Below, in pieces: positions 60,001 through 64,000 of a stretch of 64,000 nucleotides of DNA; positions within the stretch are counted from its first letter, which is position 1, and each line of letters starts with the position of its first letter. The position numbers were made by a program, and so were the translations under genes. Where the stretch lies: positions 6,550,828-6,614,827 of the forward strand of contig CAJINV010000004.1 in the NCBI GenBank assembly GCA_905178155.1, in the 5' to 3' direction. Origin of the DNA: Amoebophrya sp. A120 (Eukaryota; Protista; Dinoflagellata). The notes under the pieces are model-generated. The model saw only the letters and a list, made by a program, of their open reading frames with translations. It searched no databases and was not told the DNA's origin.

Positions 60001-62957
60001 GGAAACACTGGCAGTGCCTGCAACGAAACCAAATTATCTCGGAGGTGAACGGAGAAACAAATGACGCGACTTCCCTCGGGGAAGTAATGCGCGACGCGAA
60101 AACTCACCCGGTGCTGCACATGACCGTGCACCGGGGCAGCACGCAAGCAAGAAGAGATCTCGCGGAAATGCTCTTTTCCCCCGCACATGATTTGTACCTG
60201 CGACCCTCGAAGCTGCGCAACTTCACCGGGGTGACCAGGAGAAAACCGAAGACGCAGGCGGAAAAGAAGGCGGCGGATAAATTGTACACGCAAAACATGT
60301 CAAGACAAGTGACGCAAAACAAGGAAACGGGGGAGAATTACGTGTCCGCACTGTCGGTTGTGTCCCCGAAACAGAAGAAAGCCCGGGAACAGATGCTGGA
60401 AAAGGCGGTGGCGGTCGAGGCGTTCATGAAAATGCAGCAATACTGGGAAAAGGCGGTCATTCTGTCGATAAATTTGAAAAAAACCGAAACGGTCACGAAA
60501 TTCGGGATCTCGTTTTTCGACGGCGGTCAGGCCTTCACAGAAGCCAACAGGGGACTCGCGGTCGACGCACCGGCGCACCTGGTATGAGTTTTCTTGCTGA
60601 TGAAGGTTTATTTGTCCGGACTTGCATACAAAAGAAATGATTCGGAGTTCCGCACCATTCTGAGCCTCAGCAGCGGAAGATACAAGCAGAGCAGCAGGAG
60701 TCTCTATTCAATCGTGTATTTTTTGCAAAGAAGAAGACCATGAGTTTGAGTTCTGCATGCAGTATGTGAAAATTTGCGCAACAAGTATATCAAAATCGAA
60801 CTCCCCCACGAAAAATCCAGGTGGTCAAATCCGTCGTTTGGGGCGGACTCTTGCACAATTACAACGAGGCGCAAACGGACGCCAACAAGAAGGTGATCGT
60901 GGGGGATCGCATCGTTGCTGTCAACGGCGTCATATGCACTGCAAAAATGTCTGGGTCTGGAAGGATCCGAACTTGTGATGCTAACTTTGGACTCTAAAAA
61001 AAATCTGTATTGCATGACCAGCAAGAGGAGCCCAGTTTGTGCTACGCGGGGAGGGCATTTGTCATGCGGGATAGGCATCAGGAAGGCCTCTAAAGATATG
61101 TGATGCTAGATCATGCATTGCAGACATCGCGACTCATGCAAAATATGCATGACAAACCCGGCAACCTTCCAGACTCAGACACTTTTGCATTTGATACGTC
61201 AAGGACGACGTGGAAGCTATGAAAGAGGAGCTCCGCACGGGGGACGACATCATGGTGCAGGTTATCATTTGTAAAAACGTCCCCACGACCCCATAGTTGT
61301 CATGCAAGTCTGCATGCTCAAAATGTTCCTCATGCGGAGCCCCATGACAAGCATTCTCTAGTCGTGTTTGGGAATTTGTAATGCTCTAAGCAGCATAATA
61401 GGATAGACCTGTGATGCTGCTGAACGAGCGAAACAGGACTATGCTACGAGGTCAAACGTGTCATGCGCAACACCCAAAGCTGACAGATTTGTCTAGCAAA
61501 GATTTGCATCTTGACTCTGGGGTGGCGACGTTTTTGCACAGGATACAGGTGCAGAAATTTTCGCGCTACTTCAGCTTCTACACGAAGAAGGTGTCCGGCG
61601 ACATCGGGCTGTATGAAAGCCTCAGAATGGAAATCCTCAAAGTGGAAATAATTTGTGATGCATGAAATGCGACGCAAGAAAGACTGCATTGCAGAGGACG
61701 CAATGGAGGCCGACTATTCTCCTCTTACGGGTAGATAATTGAGCTGCTGACTGGCACGAGAGAAGGGCACCCCTTTGCCCAACTAGCATGACAGACACGT
61801 TTTGAGTGCTCGGGAAATTTGTCATGCGACGACTAGAAATGGCGCCTCAACTGGAGTCGTTTTTTTGCATTACAAGTCATTTCCACTTTGCAGATTTTCA
61901 ACCTGTGGCTTTCATAGACTGGGGCTGCAGATGCAGGAGCACTCGGGGCTGCGTTCGGAATTGAAAATCGGCAAGGTCTACGGCGTCACGCAGGTGATCA
62001 ACAAACGTATCAAATGTAAAAATGTCTGGGCCTGGAAACTTGTAATGCTGCGTTGGCCCTCCTAGGTTTTTCTAGCCGTTGCTGGCTACGTCCCTACACT
62101 TTCCAATTGAGGTCTGAGTAGGGACGATTTTCTCTTTTTTCGCGCTGCCAAGCGGCGTGGCACGGCGATAGAACAAGTTTTCACGCAGTGGTGAGCATGC
62201 ACCCACGGTGCGCTGCGTGTGGACCGAAACTTGTTTTATGTGAGCACCCACGAAGACCTCCAGGCCTTTTATTTACCGCAGGTCCGGTAAGCCTGTTCTC
62301 GGTCCTCGCGGGACCCCGTGTGGCTGTAGTCGTCCCGTTGCCGCTGGCTTTCTTAGTTAGTCGTATCGTTCGAGCCGTACCGTGATTTCGTAACAACGTC
62401 TCGTTCTAAGCTCTTCCTTACGTTTCCTTTATTTTTGTTGGCGCGCCCTGCTTTTCTGCATGCGCCATCAGAAGTGCATTGAATCGCGGCGGGATAATTA
62501 CGAATTTTTTATTGGTTTTAAGTAAGGCCTGATGCCGGTAGGGACGAACAGCCCGTAGACTTCCGATGTAATGCTGCGTTGGGAATAGTGAATGCTCTGT
62601 AATTCACAGCCAAGCATGAGAAATAGCTGCGCTTCTTTGTGTTGCGTTTTCCGCAGAAGAAACTGCGTTTTTGCATGACAGGCAAAAGGGTCTCTTCTTG
62701 GACACGCATCGCAAGCTTTTTGGTCATGCCAGACAAGCATGACAAGTCTCGCAAGCTTCCAGACCCAGACATTTTTGCATTTGATAAAACGCCTCGTCCA
62801 GCAAATGGGGAGGTATGATTTGGTTTTGGAGCCCTACATGCGCCTTATCGGCGTCAACGGACGGGTTGACTGTGACGCAACGGAACTGCGGCAGGAAATC
62901 GCGGACGCAAAGGAGGGAAGCTGGCTCAAGTTGCAAGTCAGGAGGGCAGCGGTATAG
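57057..62957 (+). CDS. Ankyrin-repeat / IQ-motif / multi-PDZ-like protein (multi-exon)
   Basis: Ankyrin motifs SALHYAASSG, TPLFFA and TPLHTLA. IQ motifs LQAAARGKMARK, VQNLYRGKMARK and MQAGFRGRKAR. PDZ-like segments DRILAVN, KIGLSF, QIISEVNG and GDRIVAVNG. The ankyrin-IQ join is inferred via a GT at 58111 and an aaaacag acceptor at 58283; it could be two genes. Confidence 0.7.
59661..59929. mobile_element. TIR introner, family A (degenerate ends)
   Basis: Family-A TIR core and internal sequence; DR gacct/gaagt. Confidence 0.8.
60933..61196. mobile_element. TIR introner, family A
   Basis: Family-A TIRs; DR cgtca. Confidence 0.88.
61263..61545. mobile_element. TIR introner, family C
   Basis: tatcatttgtaaaaacgtccccac / gtggcgacgtttttgcacaggata; DR caggt. 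Confidence 0.85.
61612..61916. mobile_element. TIR introner, family H
   Basis: tatgaaagcc..gaaatcctcaaagtggaaat / atttccactttgcagatttt..ggctttcata; DR ggctg/gactg. Confidence 0.83.
62008..62786. mobile_element. TIR introner, family A, enlarged by a 510-bp nested insertion
   Basis: Family-A TIRs; DR aaacg; 253 bp after removing the insert plus one TSD. Confidence 0.86.
62057..62566. mobile_element. 510-bp non-coding, hairpin-rich insertion with a 16-bp TSD (SINE-like or truncated LINE UTR)
   Basis: tgtaatgctgcgttgg at 62041-62056 and 62567-62582. Confidence 0.8.
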
Positions 62958-64000
62958 ATTTTTAAGGGGATTTGTTGGAGGTCGTTTTTAGATTTGGAGT
63001 CGTGTAGTGAGTCTCATGCAAAAAGAAAATCGCAGGCTTTGTAGCTTGACACGACTACTACCGGCGTTCTTGTTGAAATATGCCACAGCCTGGTATAAAT
63101 AGAGGATTTCCATGTCGCGCGGTGCAACGTTGTTTCACTGTCCACCCGAAACTACAAACATGAAAACACTTTCTCTACCCACAGGTTCTGAAGCTGGCAG
63201 TGATGAAGGTGCGCAAGCAAGTGATGGCGATGATGTTTCTACGGAAAATGTCGTTCGGTGGGCCGCCAAGGATCGTGTTTCCCAACGAATCAGACTCGGA
63301 AGAGGAGGAGGACGAAGACGATGATGATGACGACGATGATGAGGAGAAGGAGGAGGAAGAAGAGGAGGACGACTAGGCGGGTGCTGTGCGGATTTCTTTA
63401 GGAGGACAACGGGCCAAGCCGTGGTTTTTTGTGGATTGTTGGACAGCACGTGATACTAATAGAGTAGTGCACCCCGTCAAAGAACCGGTTTGAAAGTACT
63501 TTCATACATTTTCTGTACAATGTCGAAAACGAAAAGCGAGGGTACAACTGTGCTTTAAAAATGCGGCTGCATCAGTATTCTCGTGCATCCGTGCTGCTTC
63601 TGGTTCTGGGTTTGCACTGCTTCCACATTCACGTTGAACTGTATGCTAACATTTTGGTCGTATTCACCCTGTACGAGAAGCCGAAAACTACGGCGTCTCG
63701 CTCCTCTAGTAGCTTTTTTGTCGCACCTCTGATGTCGTTTTTTTCTCCCCAAGAATAAAACTGAATCGATCCATTGTCTCGCCCTGTTCGACGGTTGGTG
63801 GTTTAGAAGCTCCTTGTGATTATCGGAAGTAGTTTCAACCAGCCCGCTATGGAATAATTGTAATTCTACCTCCTTACCTGTACCTCCCCTATTGCCTCCT
63901 GACTGGCCAGTGCACAAGATGTAGTATGAAATTTGTATCTTTTTTTTGTTCTCGCCAAGTTCAAAAAACCTAAATTTTTCCCAGTTTGCTACCTAAATTT

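Noticed and set aside
62529-62560. Hammerhead-like ctgatg...gaac
   Set aside because: Lacks the CUGANGA and GAAA core.
9033-62786. Recurrent ~30-bp repeats suggestive of a CRISPR array or REP elements
   Set aside because: They are dispersed inverted pairs bounding introns in eukaryotic genes, with no regular spacers and no cas genes.
8745-62936. Many short ORFs sharing peptides such as QMQKCLGLE, FQTQTFLHLI, SNAKMSGSG and KCKNVWVWK
   Set aside because: These are translations of the family-A TIR in different frames, not a protein family.
63299-63376. GAR/GAY-rich tract encoding poly-Asp/Glu
   Set aside because: No supportable gene model; treated as low complexity or a gene fragment.

Overview
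This window is eukaryotic DNA, not prokaryotic, and every recognisable gene lies on the + strand. The genes are split by about 40 non-canonical introns. Each is a 140-370 bp MITE-like element with terminal inverted repeats (TIRs) that start TAT and end ATA, flanked by a 5-bp direct repeat (DR). This architecture matches the introner-laden genomes of the parasitic dinoflagellate Amoebophrya; the taxon is an inference. Host genes are a PPi-type phosphofructokinase (3' part), MCM4, two hypothetical proteins, Dopey/DOP1, two TRAF-like RING-zinc finger-MATH paralogs, two intronless unknown ORFs, an RP2/XRP2-like protein and an ankyrin-IQ-PDZ protein. The main unexplained signal is a non-LTR retrotransposon of more than 8.7 kb (APE endonuclease, RT, RNase H) that sits inside an introner of the PFK gene. 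Its last 20 bp reappear exactly as a 23-bp, TSD-flanked mini-insertion at the homologous position of a second introner (36387-36409). Two further TSD-flanked inserts (62057-62566, 55469-55805) sit in other introners at the same register of the TGTnATGC motif that the introner families share. This suggests retroelements that specifically target introners as spliced-out safe havens. Exon boundaries were read by eye and are approximate.
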